Below, one piece after another: positions 41,732 through 51,959 of a DNA stretch of 64,000 bases; positions within the stretch are counted from its first letter, which is position 1; each line of letters begins with the position of its first letter. The notes beneath the pieces were generated by a model, which saw nothing but the letters and a program-made list of their open reading frames with translations, did not search any database and was not told the origin of the DNA. Source of the DNA: a phage. The stretch lies in sequence record PZ402305.1, one strand, 5' to 3'. A program made the translations under genes and the position numbers.

Positions 41732-43972
41732 TCACATCTTGCAAGCTTCACAACCACCATCAGAATCTTCTTGTGCTAAAGAATCTGCTGATTTTGTTCT
41801 ACTGTTAAGGTAATACAATGACTTACCACCCAGTCTAGCAAAGTTCAAAATAAATTTCATCTCTTCTTTAACTGATAAACGTCCCCCTACCAATTTAGAA
41901 TAATCTAACCAAGAATCACAAGAAATTCCTTGGTCCGTAAACTTGGTAAAGATACCATACATTTCTGCAAGATCTTTAGCCGGAGTATCCCATGCAGACT
42001 GGTAAAACATTTTCAGTTTTTCGTAGTCTGGAACAATAAATAATACACTACCTTTCTGACTTTGTTTATACATAATAGTATCACGAACAGGATACAGAGA
42101 GTTAGTAGTATTGCTTACCAAACTGCTGGACTCATTAGGTGCAATAGCAGCCAAGACACTGTTACGGATACCACCTTGTTCAATGATTTCAGCACGTAAG
42201 CCTTCCCAATCCATTTTAAGATCAAAATTACCGATACTATCTACTGTTTTAGCATAAGTGTCAATTGGTAGCCAACCTTGAGGCCATTTGGTCTTATCGA
42301 TCCATTCCGCATTACCTTTTTCCTTAGCCAGACGCAGAGAGGCTTTTGCCAACCAAAAGTAATGACGTTCTGCAAGTTCATGCATTAATTTTTTAGCATA
42401 AGCATCTGAATAATTTACAAAATTACTTGCCAAATAATGCGCTAAGTTTGTAATGCCTACACCAATAGATCTACGTGCTTTAGCAGTTATTTCGTTATGT
42501 TTAAATGGATAATCCATTGTTTCAATAACGTTGTCAATTGTCAATACAGTGTAGTATGCAACATCCTCATATTCTTCAGGTAAGACACGACCAGCAACAA
42601 TAGAAGATAAGAAGCATAAAGCCAATTCTTGATCTTCTGTGTTCTCACCAGTAAAGAGATCCGGCATACTGTGGAAAGCTTTAGTTGGTAAGAAGATCTC
42701 TTGACACAGGTTTGATTGATACACCGTATCCAGGAAAGGTGTATGGTTGTTAACGTTGTCAGCAAAGAACATGTAAATACGTCCTGTTTCTGCACGTTGA
42801 ACAATAATCTCTGTCAGAAGATCACGAGCCTTAACAAATTTTTTCTTAATGCGACGACGGCTTACTTTGTCATAAACTGCATCAAACTCTTCTTCACTTT
42901 TATACAAAGCTTCATAAAGTTCTGGAGCATCATCACAACTAACTAACATCCAATCTTCGTTTTTTGCTGCTCGACGCAAGAACGAACGGTTAACAACAAT
43001 AGAATAATCCAGTTTGTCTACTCGTTTATCTATAGGTGTTGTTGGATTCTTCAGTCGAATCAGATCGTCGAAGTCTGGTTCAAGTATGGTAAAGGTAACT
43101 GTAGCACTACCTCCACGGCTTGCTTGCTTCGAAGCTCCAACACTATCTTCCATCCATTTCAGATATGGAAGAAGACCACCATGAATAATACGATTATTCT
43201 TAACACCTTGACCTGTGGCGCGAGTTTGAAGATTAACACCAATACCTGCGTTATTCAACGTATACTCATGAGCTAAGTAATTAGCAATGGCTAAAGACTC
43301 TGCCGTATCGTCTGCACGGAACAAACAACAAGACGCACTTCCTTTGATTGGAGTTCGTAGAGTTGTCAGATACGGCGATGGCAGATTAATCTTAAGATCG
43401 CTAACATAAGTATAAAGTTTTTTAATATCTTCTATACGGCGTTCTTTTGGTTGGATCTCCATAACCTTCATTGCGATACCAATAAAAAGAAACTGTGGAG
43501 ACTCATGCACCACATCGTTTACTGCATCTCGAATAAGATATTTATCTACCATCTGACGTAAAACAGAATAACCATAAGTTAGATTTTTATTATGCTTTAC
43601 AATCTTACCGATTTCTTTGATCTCTTCATCAGTATAATCCATTTTAGCCCAATGTCCACGTTCTACCATATCATGATAAAAGGTATTCAGTGAAGGGATA
43701 CTGTGGTATCCCCCATGAGCCTGTTTGTAAATCATACCCAGAAGAAGTCTTCCTGCCATATCACTGTAAGCTTGTGTTTTCTTGTCAATACACGCTGCAA
43801 TCATTGCTTTATGCAGATCACGTGTAGACACACCGTCATAACACCGCTTCACAGCTTCTAATTCAATTTCAGACCAGTTTAGTTTACCTGCTGCAAATTC
43901 AGACCACTTGCGAAGTTTTTCTGGATTAAACTCCTCTGTCTTACCGTTAGATTTAGTTACAAAACGAATCAA
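41732..43972 (-). CDS. nrdA: ribonucleotide reductase large subunit (class Ia alpha)
   Basis: 746 aa; N-terminal ATP-cone, SNLCQEI active-site motif, C-terminal Cys pair. Confidence 0.9.
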   Translation of the reverse strand: MIRFVTKSNGKTEEFNPEKLRKWSEFAAGKLNWSEIELEAVKRCYDGVSTRDLHKAMIAACIDKKTQAYSDMAGRLLLGMIYKQAHGGYHSIPSLNTFYHDMVERGHWAKMDYTDEEIKEIGKIVKHNKNLTYGYSVLRQMVDKYLIRDAVNDVVHESPQFLFIGIAMKVMEIQPKERRIEDIKKLYTYVSDLKINLPSPYLTTLRTPIKGSASCCLFRADDTAESLAIANYLAHEYTLNNAGIGVNLQTRATGQGVKNNRIIHGGLLPYLKWMEDSVGASKQASRGGSATVTFTILEPDFDDLIRLKNPTTPIDKRVDKLDYSIVVNRSFLRRAAKNEDWMLVSCDDAPELYEALYKSEEEFDAVYDKVSRRRIKKKFVKARDLLTEIIVQRAETGRIYMFFADNVNNHTPFLDTVYQSNLCQEIFLPTKAFHSMPDLFTGENTEDQELALCFLSSIVAGRVLPEEYEDVAYYTVLTIDNVIETMDYPFKHNEITAKARRSIGVGITNLAHYLASNFVNYSDAYAKKLMHELAERHYFWLAKASLRLAKEKGNAEWIDKTKWPQGWLPIDTYAKTVDSIGNFDLKMDWEGLRAEIIEQGGIRNSVLAAIAPNESSSLVSNTTNSLYPVRDTIMYKQSQKGSVLFIVPDYEKLKMFYQSAWDTPAKDLAEMYGIFTKFTDQGISCDSWLDYSKLVGGRLSVKEEMKFILNFARLGGKSLYYLNSRTKSADSLAQEDSDGGCEACKM

Positions 43973-44239
43973 CTTCTCCTCCCTATTATTAATGCATATT
44001 CAAAACATCTACATCATAACCGAACTTCATTTCATTAAAAAGTCCATTAGCATATAGAAAACCTTCAAAATGAGTTATGTCATCAAACCCTTTTGCTTTT
44101 GCTCGGCGGTCTGCTTCTTGTCTTTTAGGAGATAAACGTTTTGAAGTGTCTAGAATTACAGTTACATTACAACCAACAGTTTCATCAAAATAGACTTCGA
44201 TTTCACAGCCTTCATATTTATTATCAGTCATTGTCCCTC

Positions 44240-44683
44240 TCATTGATTAGTATCATCTGCTTTCGCAGGATCATAAGAGTTACCGAAATCATCCATCTTA
44301 ATATGTGACGCACCCCAACCTGTAAATTCTTCATCACCAAAATGAAAAATATCATTTTCTTGATAGATTCGTTTAAAACCACAATTAGGTGAAACAGGGA
44401 AAGTGAAAAGCGTTGTATTTGCAAACACTACTCGCTTATCGTTATTGCTTCTGATATTCACATTACGCTCAACAGAATAGTGTGAATCTTCAGCCATACC
44501 CAGCATTACAAGCGACGCTCTAATAACAGCATTTTGTTTCTCGTGTGGGATATTGCCATTGTGTTTATTTGATTCTAGTTTCCAGATAGGGGTAGACATT
44601 ACAGTAGACATGCTTACGGTAGCCCAAGTTGTAGTATTTACTAATGACATATTTTCTCCTTCGTTTTGAATGGGAGGACTCAC
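44240..44683 (-). CDS. hypothetical protein (147 aa)
   Basis: Track ORF between nrdA and ThyX-like gene. Confidence 0.4.
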   Translation of the reverse strand: MSPPIQNEGENMSLVNTTTWATVSMSTVMSTPIWKLESNKHNGNIPHEKQNAVIRASLVMLGMAEDSHYSVERNVNIRSNNDKRVVFANTTLFTFPVSPNCGFKRIYQENDIFHFGDEEFTGWGASHIKMDDFGNSYDPAKADDTNQ

Positions 44684-44748
44684 CTCCTCCCAGTATTGTG
44701 CTATATTATACTAAAACTAATACTAAAGTCAATAACTATTTAAACAGA

Positions 44749-45747
44749 TCACCATTTAGTATGATTTGTTAAAAGTTGACGATGTTGAATCCAGCCTTTG
44801 AAATTACCAGACCAAAACTTACCATTACGATCTACATGGGTAATACCTGGTTCCCAAGAGTTAAAATCCCAAGGAGCATTGATAAACAAATCTTCAAAAC
44901 AGTTCTCTCCGTATTGTTCGCATGTTTCTTGAATTGGAGTGGCTTGATGTTCAAACGGAGAAGCATGAACCTTGCGCCCAGTCAGCAAGCGACCATAGAT
45001 ATCTAAAGCTTTATCTTTAGTTGCATTTAAACGACGATAGCTAACCTGTGCACAACACGAAGCTGAAATAGCTTTGGCTTCTTCCAAAGTAAGCACAACA
45101 ACTTCTCCAGATTCATCTTGAACGTAGTATCCACCAAAAACAAAATGATCGTCACCTTCTGTGCCAATAGTATCATAGAAATGGTCTACATAAGGTGTGT
45201 GCCATTGCCCTGGTTTCAGCACTTCTGGTGTAGATCCTTCATACTCTTTGTGCATCTCTTTAGCCAAAGCTTCGATAGTAGGATCGGCTTCTTTGTCATC
45301 ACGTAGCCACCAGAAATTTTCATATTCTGTTGCTGTCAGAACTGTTTTAATTCGTTGGAAAGGTTCCAGAAGACGGTTTGCAACTTGTTTGTGGTACCCT
45401 GCCAAAGAGAATTCTTCTGCAAAACGTGCTGCACTAAGCGCGGCAAGATCCCACCACTCTTGAGCAGTATAACCTGCATCAATAAGAGCGTCATGATCAA
45501 CACCTTTATCCTGCATACCAGGTTGGTTAGCCCCAAAACGATAAGGACGAGCAGGTTGATTTCGCACCATTTCAATCAGTGTTTTAACAGGTATAGCACG
45601 GCTAGAAGCAGCATTACGACTAAACAGGCGGTGAGTCATCAATTCTGAATGAATAATACGTGGATATTCTAGTTCAAAAGTTACAATCTCTTTTCCGTCT
45701 TCAGTGATGGAATGCGCAATAATACTAGCCGAAATCTGTTTTGTCAT
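44749..45747 (-). CDS. ThyX-like protein (flavin-dependent thymidylate synthase family, variant motif)
   Basis: THRLFSRNAASSR fits RHR-x7-S-x-R with R to T; HASPFEH motif near C-terminus; 332 aa is longer than typical ThyX. Confidence 0.5.
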   Translation of the reverse strand: MTKQISASIIAHSITEDGKEIVTFELEYPRIIHSELMTHRLFSRNAASSRAIPVKTLIEMVRNQPARPYRFGANQPGMQDKGVDHDALIDAGYTAQEWWDLAALSAARFAEEFSLAGYHKQVANRLLEPFQRIKTVLTATEYENFWWLRDDKEADPTIEALAKEMHKEYEGSTPEVLKPGQWHTPYVDHFYDTIGTEGDDHFVFGGYYVQDESGEVVVLTLEEAKAISASCCAQVSYRRLNATKDKALDIYGRLLTGRKVHASPFEHQATPIQETCEQYGENCFEDLFINAPWDFNSWEPGITHVDRNGKFWSGNFKGWIQHRQLLTNHTKW

Positions 45748-45756
45748 TTTTTCTCC

Positions 45757-46365
45757 TTAGTTTTTAAAATTGTTCAAAGTGTTAAAAACATCCAAACATG
45801 TTAGCCACTGATCTTCTAAACCTGTGATCACAACATTTGGTTTTTTCTTTAGTTCTTCTAGATGGTTATCTTTATAAGGCGTATTAAAATATATTTTAAC
45901 CACTTCATCTGGAAAATATAGTAGGTTATCAGCCCTGTCATCTATTGCTATATCACAAGGCAATAAGTATTTTTCTTTCGTAGCAAAAAAGCCGTTACCA
46001 GATCCTTTGCTAAAATCAATCGTATCTAACGTTCTTAAAACATGCTTATGTTTAGAACTTAAGTGACCACCTTTTGTCACACTTGCGATCAAAAGATTGC
46101 TACCTTTCCTTGAAACATACTTTAAGAAATCTGGCATACCTGGAACAAAACCCATTGTATCATAGAGATGAGGATTATCCAGAAATCCGTAAGGATCTAT
46201 ATTAAACTCCTCCCTGAAACCAGGAAAGTAGTTGGTAAGATCATAGTCTGCATTTTTTGTGAATGTGTCTATCTTAACACCAAGTCCACTAATCTTATTC
46301 AACCATTCTAACCAAGCAACATCTAATGGAGCCACAACTAAATCCCAATCACATACTATCTGCAT
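45757..46365 (-). CDS. HAD-superfamily phosphatase, possible 5'-deoxynucleotidase
   Basis: CDWDLVV (DxD), IASVTKG, DDRADN resemble HAD motifs I, II and IV. Confidence 0.4.
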   Translation of the reverse strand: MQIVCDWDLVVAPLDVAWLEWLNKISGLGVKIDTFTKNADYDLTNYFPGFREEFNIDPYGFLDNPHLYDTMGFVPGMPDFLKYVSRKGSNLLIASVTKGGHLSSKHKHVLRTLDTIDFSKGSGNGFFATKEKYLLPCDIAIDDRADNLLYFPDEVVKIYFNTPYKDNHLEELKKKPNVVITGLEDQWLTCLDVFNTLNNFKN

Positions 46366-46401
46366 AAAACCTCCTCTCTCTTTTAGTATAGTTATCTTAT
46401 A

Positions 46402-46977
46402 CTAACTTTCAATTTCCTGCAATAGGATTTTGACTATTTGTTTACGGCGTTTTGCTACTGTGCTTTCAGGTTCTATTTTACGCTTCTTCAGCCACGCTTT
46501 ATCTTTCTTAGCTCTACACAAAGCTATCGCTTCTTTTTCAGCTTTTGCTTCTTCAAAAGATATGCCTTGCTTGTCTGCATAAGCAAGAATAGAGTTGCAC
46601 AATTTACAAACCATTCGCAAATCTTCTTCTTTCACATAGATCAAACGGAAAACAAAAAGGGGAATATCCTCAAAACATTGAAGTTGTTTTGCTGCGTGAA
46701 TATGATCCACTTGGAAGTCTTTCATTCCTCCTCTGTGTCCACATATTTCGCACTCACAATTCCAAACTTGTTTTGGTTTTCCAGTTTTCTTGTCTATCAT
46801 CACATTGCCGTCTTTATCTACACGATCAACTTTAAAACGCCTTGCATTGATAACCTTAATTTTATTAGGGTGTCTCATCCATGCTTTTCTAAAACATCCC
46901 CTAAGATAAGTATAAAATTCAGCTTGTGTTTTCCAGGGTGTTCCTTCACCCCACATTATTTTTGGTTCACCTGCCAA
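46402..46977 (-). CDS. HNH endonuclease (free-standing)
   Basis: CECEICGH...DHIH. Confidence 0.7.
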   Translation of the reverse strand: MAGEPKIMWGEGTPWKTQAEFYTYLRGCFRKAWMRHPNKIKVINARRFKVDRVDKDGNVMIDKKTGKPKQVWNCECEICGHRGGMKDFQVDHIHAAKQLQCFEDIPLFVFRLIYVKEEDLRMVCKLCNSILAYADKQGISFEEAKAEKEAIALCRAKKDKAWLKKRKIEPESTVAKRRKQIVKILLQEIES

Positions 46978-47538
46978 TATTGCTCACCTTTTTAGCTGTA
47001 TATTCCCCTGGTGGGATATTGTGTTTAAAAAACAAAAGGCGGTCTAACCCCGCCTTGCACATTGTTTCTGGAATAGTCAAAGTTAGTAAAAGTTTATCAC
47101 CTTTTCGGTTGAATATTTTATAAACTTCTCCTGCTCCATATTGTTTAGTATTGCTCGCCACTAATACGTTCCTTAAGTTGTTTAATAGCTTCGATTGCAT
47201 CTACATAAGAAGAGTTATACATGTGTTTCAGTGCTACTCGTACTAAAGGATCTTTTGTGAAGAAATCAATAAGAAGCATAGCTTGATCATGTTTAGCTGC
47301 ATTTGTCATAGATGGATAATTTTCACGAACCATATACGTGTTATTTTGCATAAGGGTTCTTTCTAGTTCAATACAATGAATAGCTTTATCTAGGTTAATC
47401 TGACGTTCACCTTTAATACGTGTTGCGTATTTTGCCAATTTGCAAAAACAAGGTGTGCCACCAACCAAATAAGCTAGTTCAATAGGTTGCATTGCCATTT
47501 TTGTGTAGTGATCACCGTCAACCTGATTATCAAAAGCA

Positions 47539-47766
47539 TTAGACATAATTTTCCTCCTGAATTCCTACTGCGCCTTCTTCTGGGTAGTCTGTATAATAAG
47601 CTACCCTACCTTGATAGATAACATCACCATCATTATTGTAGATTGCTGTATCTTCTTGAATTGTTATTTCAACATCAAGTAAATCTGGGTCTTTCTCGAT
47701 GGTATAGTTCAAACCTAACATTTCAAACAGTTCGAAAATTTCGTTACCTGTTAATGTAATGCTCAT
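47539..47766 (-). CDS. hypothetical protein (75 aa)
   Basis: ATG after AAGGAGG; own promoter TTGACA-N17-TATACT at about 47794-47822 and upstream terminator at about 47823-47847. Confidence 0.5.
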   Translation of the reverse strand: MSITLTGNEIFELFEMLGLNYTIEKDPDLLDVEITIQEDTAIYNNDGDVIYQGRVAYYTDYPEEGAVGIQEENYV

Positions 47767-47852
47767 ATTTCCTCCTTTTATTGTGGTTAGCAGAGTATAC
47801 ACTAATATAAAATTTTTGTCAATAAAAAAGGGAGCAATAAGCTCCCTGATTA

Positions 47853-48812
47853 TTAGATTCCAATGATAGTTGCTGCTCGTTTATCCTTGGATCTAGTGTT
47901 TGCTCTACTACGTGACAAACCGCCGCAAGATTCACAACGAATGATATCGAAAGAACTTACCGCAGTGTGGTATTGTTTACCAGTAACAACGTGAACGTGA
48001 TCACTACCACAACGAGAACAACGGACCTTCTCATCTGGGTAATAAGCGGATAAGTTAGGATGCTGTGGAATCCACGGAAGGATTTTCATATACAAATCAC
48101 GGAGTGAAACAACATCACCATCATTGTAAATCTGCATACGTTCAAAAGCATCACGATCACCTTCACAACATGCTTTCCATAAAGGGAACCCCTCGTTATC
48201 CAGTTTTTCACTTTCTGTTTCGAAATATGCTCCCATTTCTTTAAGGGAGTTGGAAGGAAGTGCAAATTGTTTCTTAGCTGCCTTCAATGTATCAACAACT
48301 ACATAATTAGAAGGAGGAGCCATATCGTGATATGCAAATCGTTGGTTAATGTATGCACGGTCAAACTTATATCCGTTGTGTGCCACAACTACATCTGCCT
48401 CGTTCAGAAGGTTCCAAAGATCTTGGCAAAGCTCCCAATCATCTGTATGATCAATATCAAAAAGAGGATAAGAAGACAAGTTCTTACCTTCCACTTCACC
48501 AGTATACAGGTCAGCAGAAGAGTAGGATAACAAATAACCTCTGCGAATTACCTGGTCTGGAGAAATGAAGGCTTTGAATCGACGGAAAGTATATGCAATC
48601 TCTGGTGCAGTTTCAACATCAATAATTTTAATAACTGGTTGTTTCTTTTTAACTGGCTCTTGTTTACTTGCACCGAAACGTGCAAGGAAATCATTTACTG
48701 TGCTTTTTCTTGTTGGACTACCTAAAACAATTGCTGCAATATTACGAGAAGACATACCCTCTGCACTCATACTAAGGATATCTGCTTTCTGCTCTTCTGT
48801 TAATCTGCTCAC
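47853..48812 (-). CDS. DEDD-family 3'-5' exonuclease with N-terminal HTH-like and C-terminal Cys cluster
   Basis: IIDVETAP (Exo I), VVAHNGYKFD (Exo II), YNDGDV (Exo III); CSRCG...CESCG. Confidence 0.7.
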   Translation of the reverse strand: MSRLTEEQKADILSMSAEGMSSRNIAAIVLGSPTRKSTVNDFLARFGASKQEPVKKKQPVIKIIDVETAPEIAYTFRRFKAFISPDQVIRRGYLLSYSSADLYTGEVEGKNLSSYPLFDIDHTDDWELCQDLWNLLNEADVVVAHNGYKFDRAYINQRFAYHDMAPPSNYVVVDTLKAAKKQFALPSNSLKEMGAYFETESEKLDNEGFPLWKACCEGDRDAFERMQIYNDGDVVSLRDLYMKILPWIPQHPNLSAYYPDEKVRCSRCGSDHVHVVTGKQYHTAVSSFDIIRCESCGGLSRSRANTRSKDKRAATIIGI

Positions 48813-49927
48813 TCTGCCTCCTGTTGTGAGATGTATGACTGAAGCATACTCTCAAATGTTGTATCGTCATTATCCCAGCGTTTCATGTATACCAACTGGA
48901 AAATTGTTTCTATCCATTCATCTGTTGTCATATGGACTTCTTCTCCATCCCAAGAAGTAAAATTAACACCATCTGGGAACCATGAGTAGTAAGTATCTTT
49001 AACTGTTTGGAAAAGTTCTGCTTGAGTTTTACAAGCTGAAAGAAGATTAAAACAAGTAATATCTCCGAACTTAATATCAAAATCTTGATAAGGTCGGATA
49101 CTATCTGTTTTATCTCCCATTAGCATCTGATATGCTAACCAGTAACTGCCCCAACCTTTAACTTCTTTCTTTTTACCTTTATCTACGATCCATATATCGC
49201 CAATAGACTCGTCAATAAGAATTATATCTGGATTTTTAAATACTCCATCCTCTTTGTAGAAATTAAAAAGGATACTAGGAGTATGTAAACTATCTTTATC
49301 TATAGATACTACGATATAAGAAAATTTACCCGTCCTTTTATAATCTTTATAACCTTGGAAACCATACTTCTCTAACTCATCATCAGCTTCTATTACAGTA
49401 ACAACATCACCATTGTGGAACTCCACAAGATAATCTTTGGTTTCTGAAAGCTGAAGTGGTTTGATATCTAATCGTTCAGATTTATATTCTACAGGCATTT
49501 TGAAGGCGTGTCTGAAAGTTTTTCCTACGCCAATAACTCCGCAATATTTTTCTAAACGTAGATGTTTTAGAATACCTAAGACTTTTGTTTTAGCTGCTTG
49601 GAAGGTGTGTCCGATATCTTCTGGCGGGTATTGCTTATCAATGATTTCGAACTCTTCCTTTGTGAAGGGACGTTTGTTTTTGGAGGCTCTTTCTGCATTT
49701 GTATCTCCTAGCCAACCTCCAATTTTAGTCTTGCTTTTACCCCAAAACTCTGTCTTATTTTTAAATTCCTTTTGAGCACCTGAAGGGATGTGCTTCGCAA
49801 TGATTGTTCTTTTCTCTAATGCAGACGCTGCTTGGAAAGCGATCTGATCATAATCAATTGCAGCTATTGTTTCTTCATTGACATATAAATGAAGATCTTC
49901 AGGTTTAATTAAAATATAACCGCTAAT
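48809..49927 (-). CDS. rnh: 5'-3' exonuclease / flap endonuclease (T4 RNase H-like); start codon non-canonical and uncertain
   Basis: EADDELEKYG, SIDKDSLH, GDKTDSIRPY; frame open 147 codons upstream of the first ATG (49498) with a T4 RNase H-like N-terminus (TIAAIDYDQIA). Confidence 0.7.
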   Translation of the reverse strand: MSGYILIKPEDLHLYVNEETIAAIDYDQIAFQAASALEKRTIIAKHIPSGAQKEFKNKTEFWGKSKTKIGGWLGDTNAERASKNKRPFTKEEFEIIDKQYPPEDIGHTFQAAKTKVLGILKHLRLEKYCGVIGVGKTFRHAFKMPVEYKSERLDIKPLQLSETKDYLVEFHNGDVVTVIEADDELEKYGFQGYKDYKRTGKFSYIVVSIDKDSLHTPSILFNFYKEDGVFKNPDIILIDESIGDIWIVDKGKKKEVKGWGSYWLAYQMLMGDKTDSIRPYQDFDIKFGDITCFNLLSACKTQAELFQTVKDTYYSWFPDGVNFTSWDGEEVHMTTDEWIETIFQLVYMKRWDNDDTTFESMLQSYISQQEAE

Positions 49928-49939
49928 ATTTCCCCCTAG

Positions 49940-50149
49940 TTATTCATCGTCATCCTCTGTTGAGAATGTTTTAGTATACGGACATTGACGACTTTTCGGG
50001 ATTGCTATAACTTCATCTTGGTTAGCGTTAGAATAGTAGCAATATTTTGTATTGCCATTAACTTCAGAATCAGACAAGATTAAAGTAATTTGACCTGCTG
50101 CTACTGTGAAACTAAAAGCTAAAAGAACGACTGTCAGAATCTTTTTCAT
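49940..50149 (-). CDS. small secreted protein (signal peptide)
   Basis: MKKILTVVLLAFSFTVAAGQ; TAGGAGG RBS; upstream terminator hairpin at about 50161-50188. Confidence 0.55.
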   Translation of the reverse strand: MKKILTVVLLAFSFTVAAGQITLILSDSEVNGNTKYCYYSNANQDEVIAIPKSRQCPYTKTFSTEDDDE

Positions 50150-50221
50150 AACGCCTCCTAAAAAGCCTACCTCATTAAGTAGGTAGGCATAATATCATAA
50201 CTAATCCCGCAAGTCAAGAAC

Positions 50222-51177
50222 TTATTTAAGGATTGTTGCTTTGGTTAAATCTTCCATCAGACCTCGAATCTCATTGAAGCACAGAAGGACTGAAGCTTCA
50301 ATACTGCCTTCTTCGTCTGCAAAATATTTCGGAAAACGTAGTTTAGAAAGTTTAAACTCTTTATCCACTACGAAATCTACAACACCGTCATATTCAAGAC
50401 CGATTGCAACAACATCTTTACCATCTTCTTTTAGTTCGACAGCTTTAGACTCGTATAGGGATTCTTTACTCCAAACAACAACGCCCTCGCTATCCTCCAT
50501 TTTGATATAATTTCCGAGAGTAATACGATCTGCTTCGTGATTCTCCAGCAATTCACCAAAACCTTTCACAATAGCTTCTTCATGCACACTAAAACCTACC
50601 GAAGGGAAAGTCCCCAGAACGGAACGGAGGAAAGAAGTAATCTCTTCTGCAACCTTTTTACTTCCATTAAGAACATAAAGAAGATTCGTAGTTTTATCCA
50701 AGACAACATAGTTAAAGAAATCTTCAGGTTCTGTTTCAGGCAATAGTGCAAATTCAATATCTTCCTTCATTGCTTTGACTACTTCTTTATCGACATAAAA
50801 CTCTTTACCTTCGCTCTCCATGTCCTGACGCATTTCTTTTCCTTCATTGCTTTGACTACTTCTTTATCGACATAAAACTCTTTACCTTCGCTCTCCATGT
50901 CCTGACGCATTTCTTCTAGCCGTTCATTCAGAATACGTTTAACTTTCTTTTTATCTACCTTCTTCACAGATTGACCTACATTAAGCAGTTCAAGATCTGA
51001 AAACTCTTTTACAAATTTAGAGTCATCTTCGAAACGAACAAGACCGATAGTGTGTGACTGGGAGCCTTCTGCTGTTACAAATTCCAGAGGAATATCTGTA
51101 ATGCTGTTAAGGGATGCTACAGAAGCATTGTCGCCAACAACCATAGGCAGAGCGGATTTAAAAGATTTTACAAACAT
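50222..51177 (-). pseudogene. gene split by a perfect 77-bp tandem duplication (track ORFs 50222..50833 and 50779..51177)
   Basis: Both ORFs encode MRQDMESEGKEFYVDKEVVKAMKE from copies 77 bp apart; removing one copy restores one frame of about 292 aa. Confidence 0.55.
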
Positions 51178-51233
51178 GTTTCCTCCTATTTAATACATCT
51201 CACATTACCGCCCATAAAGGGCGGCTTACAACA

Positions 51234-51959
51234 TTACTTGTTAATAATACCTGCAATATTAGGTTTGACAAAGGTCGATGGTTTCATGATCTTACCTTTA
51301 TCATCAAAGAACACATACACTTTCTGTTTTTCATTATAAACAGCATGAACACCAGTGTATGCCCCTTCTGGACGATTGGCATTTCGTTCTTCAATTGCAG
51401 CGCATTCTTGTGCAATGGCTGAATCGATATCCGAAGTTTTCCAAGTTTTCAGCAACTGTTGTTTAGTTGGATACTTGGAATCATTACTTTTCAATACCTC
51501 TTTAATAACTTTCTTTTCTGGATATTTTGAACGGATTAGAGTGTCACGAGACATACGCATAATACCAGCAGCCATTAGTGCCATTTGAACTGGCTCTGTA
51601 AATGTTTGTTCCAAAGCATCAAAATCAGTATACACAGTTGGAGTAAAAACATCGCCTACAGCATAGTCCAAGAAATTCATCGTATGTTCTTCACCAAAGA
51701 ACATGTAAGTAAGATAACTGGATACTACAAAAATATCCGCTGCTGCATCCAAGAGTTCTACATGATCGTTTACTTTCGCGGCTGTTTCATACTCTTTAAG
51801 CTCTTCACGAACGAACCCGATTTGGGACATAAATAGCTCTTGAGTGAATTCAGGTTGTTCACCACCTCGTGCTTTGGCATTCCAATCAATTACGTGCTTT
51901 GCTGCATTTTTGAAAAATTCAGTATCGAATTTAATATCTTTAAAAAAATTCTCGATCAT
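51234..51959 (-). CDS. MazG-like nucleoside triphosphate pyrophosphohydrolase (putative)
   Basis: REELKEYE...(12 aa)...ELLD fits the ExxE-x12-ExxD signature. Confidence 0.45.
   Translation of the reverse strand: MIENFFKDIKFDTEFFKNAAKHVIDWNAKARGGEQPEFTQELFMSQIGFVREELKEYETAAKVNDHVELLDAAADIFVVSSYLTYMFFGEEHTMNFLDYAVGDVFTPTVYTDFDALEQTFTEPVQMALMAAGIMRMSRDTLIRSKYPEKKVIKEVLKSNDSKYPTKQQLLKTWKTSDIDSAIAQECAAIEERNANRPEGAYTGVHAVYNEKQKVYVFFDDKGKIMKPSTFVKPNIAGIINK

Noticed and set aside
49927-50149. Secreted-protein ORF and flap nuclease as one fused read-through protein
   Set aside because: A TAA stop separates them and a Shine-Dalgarno-like GGGGGA follows it, so independent initiation at a non-ATG codon is more plausible; read-through not excluded.
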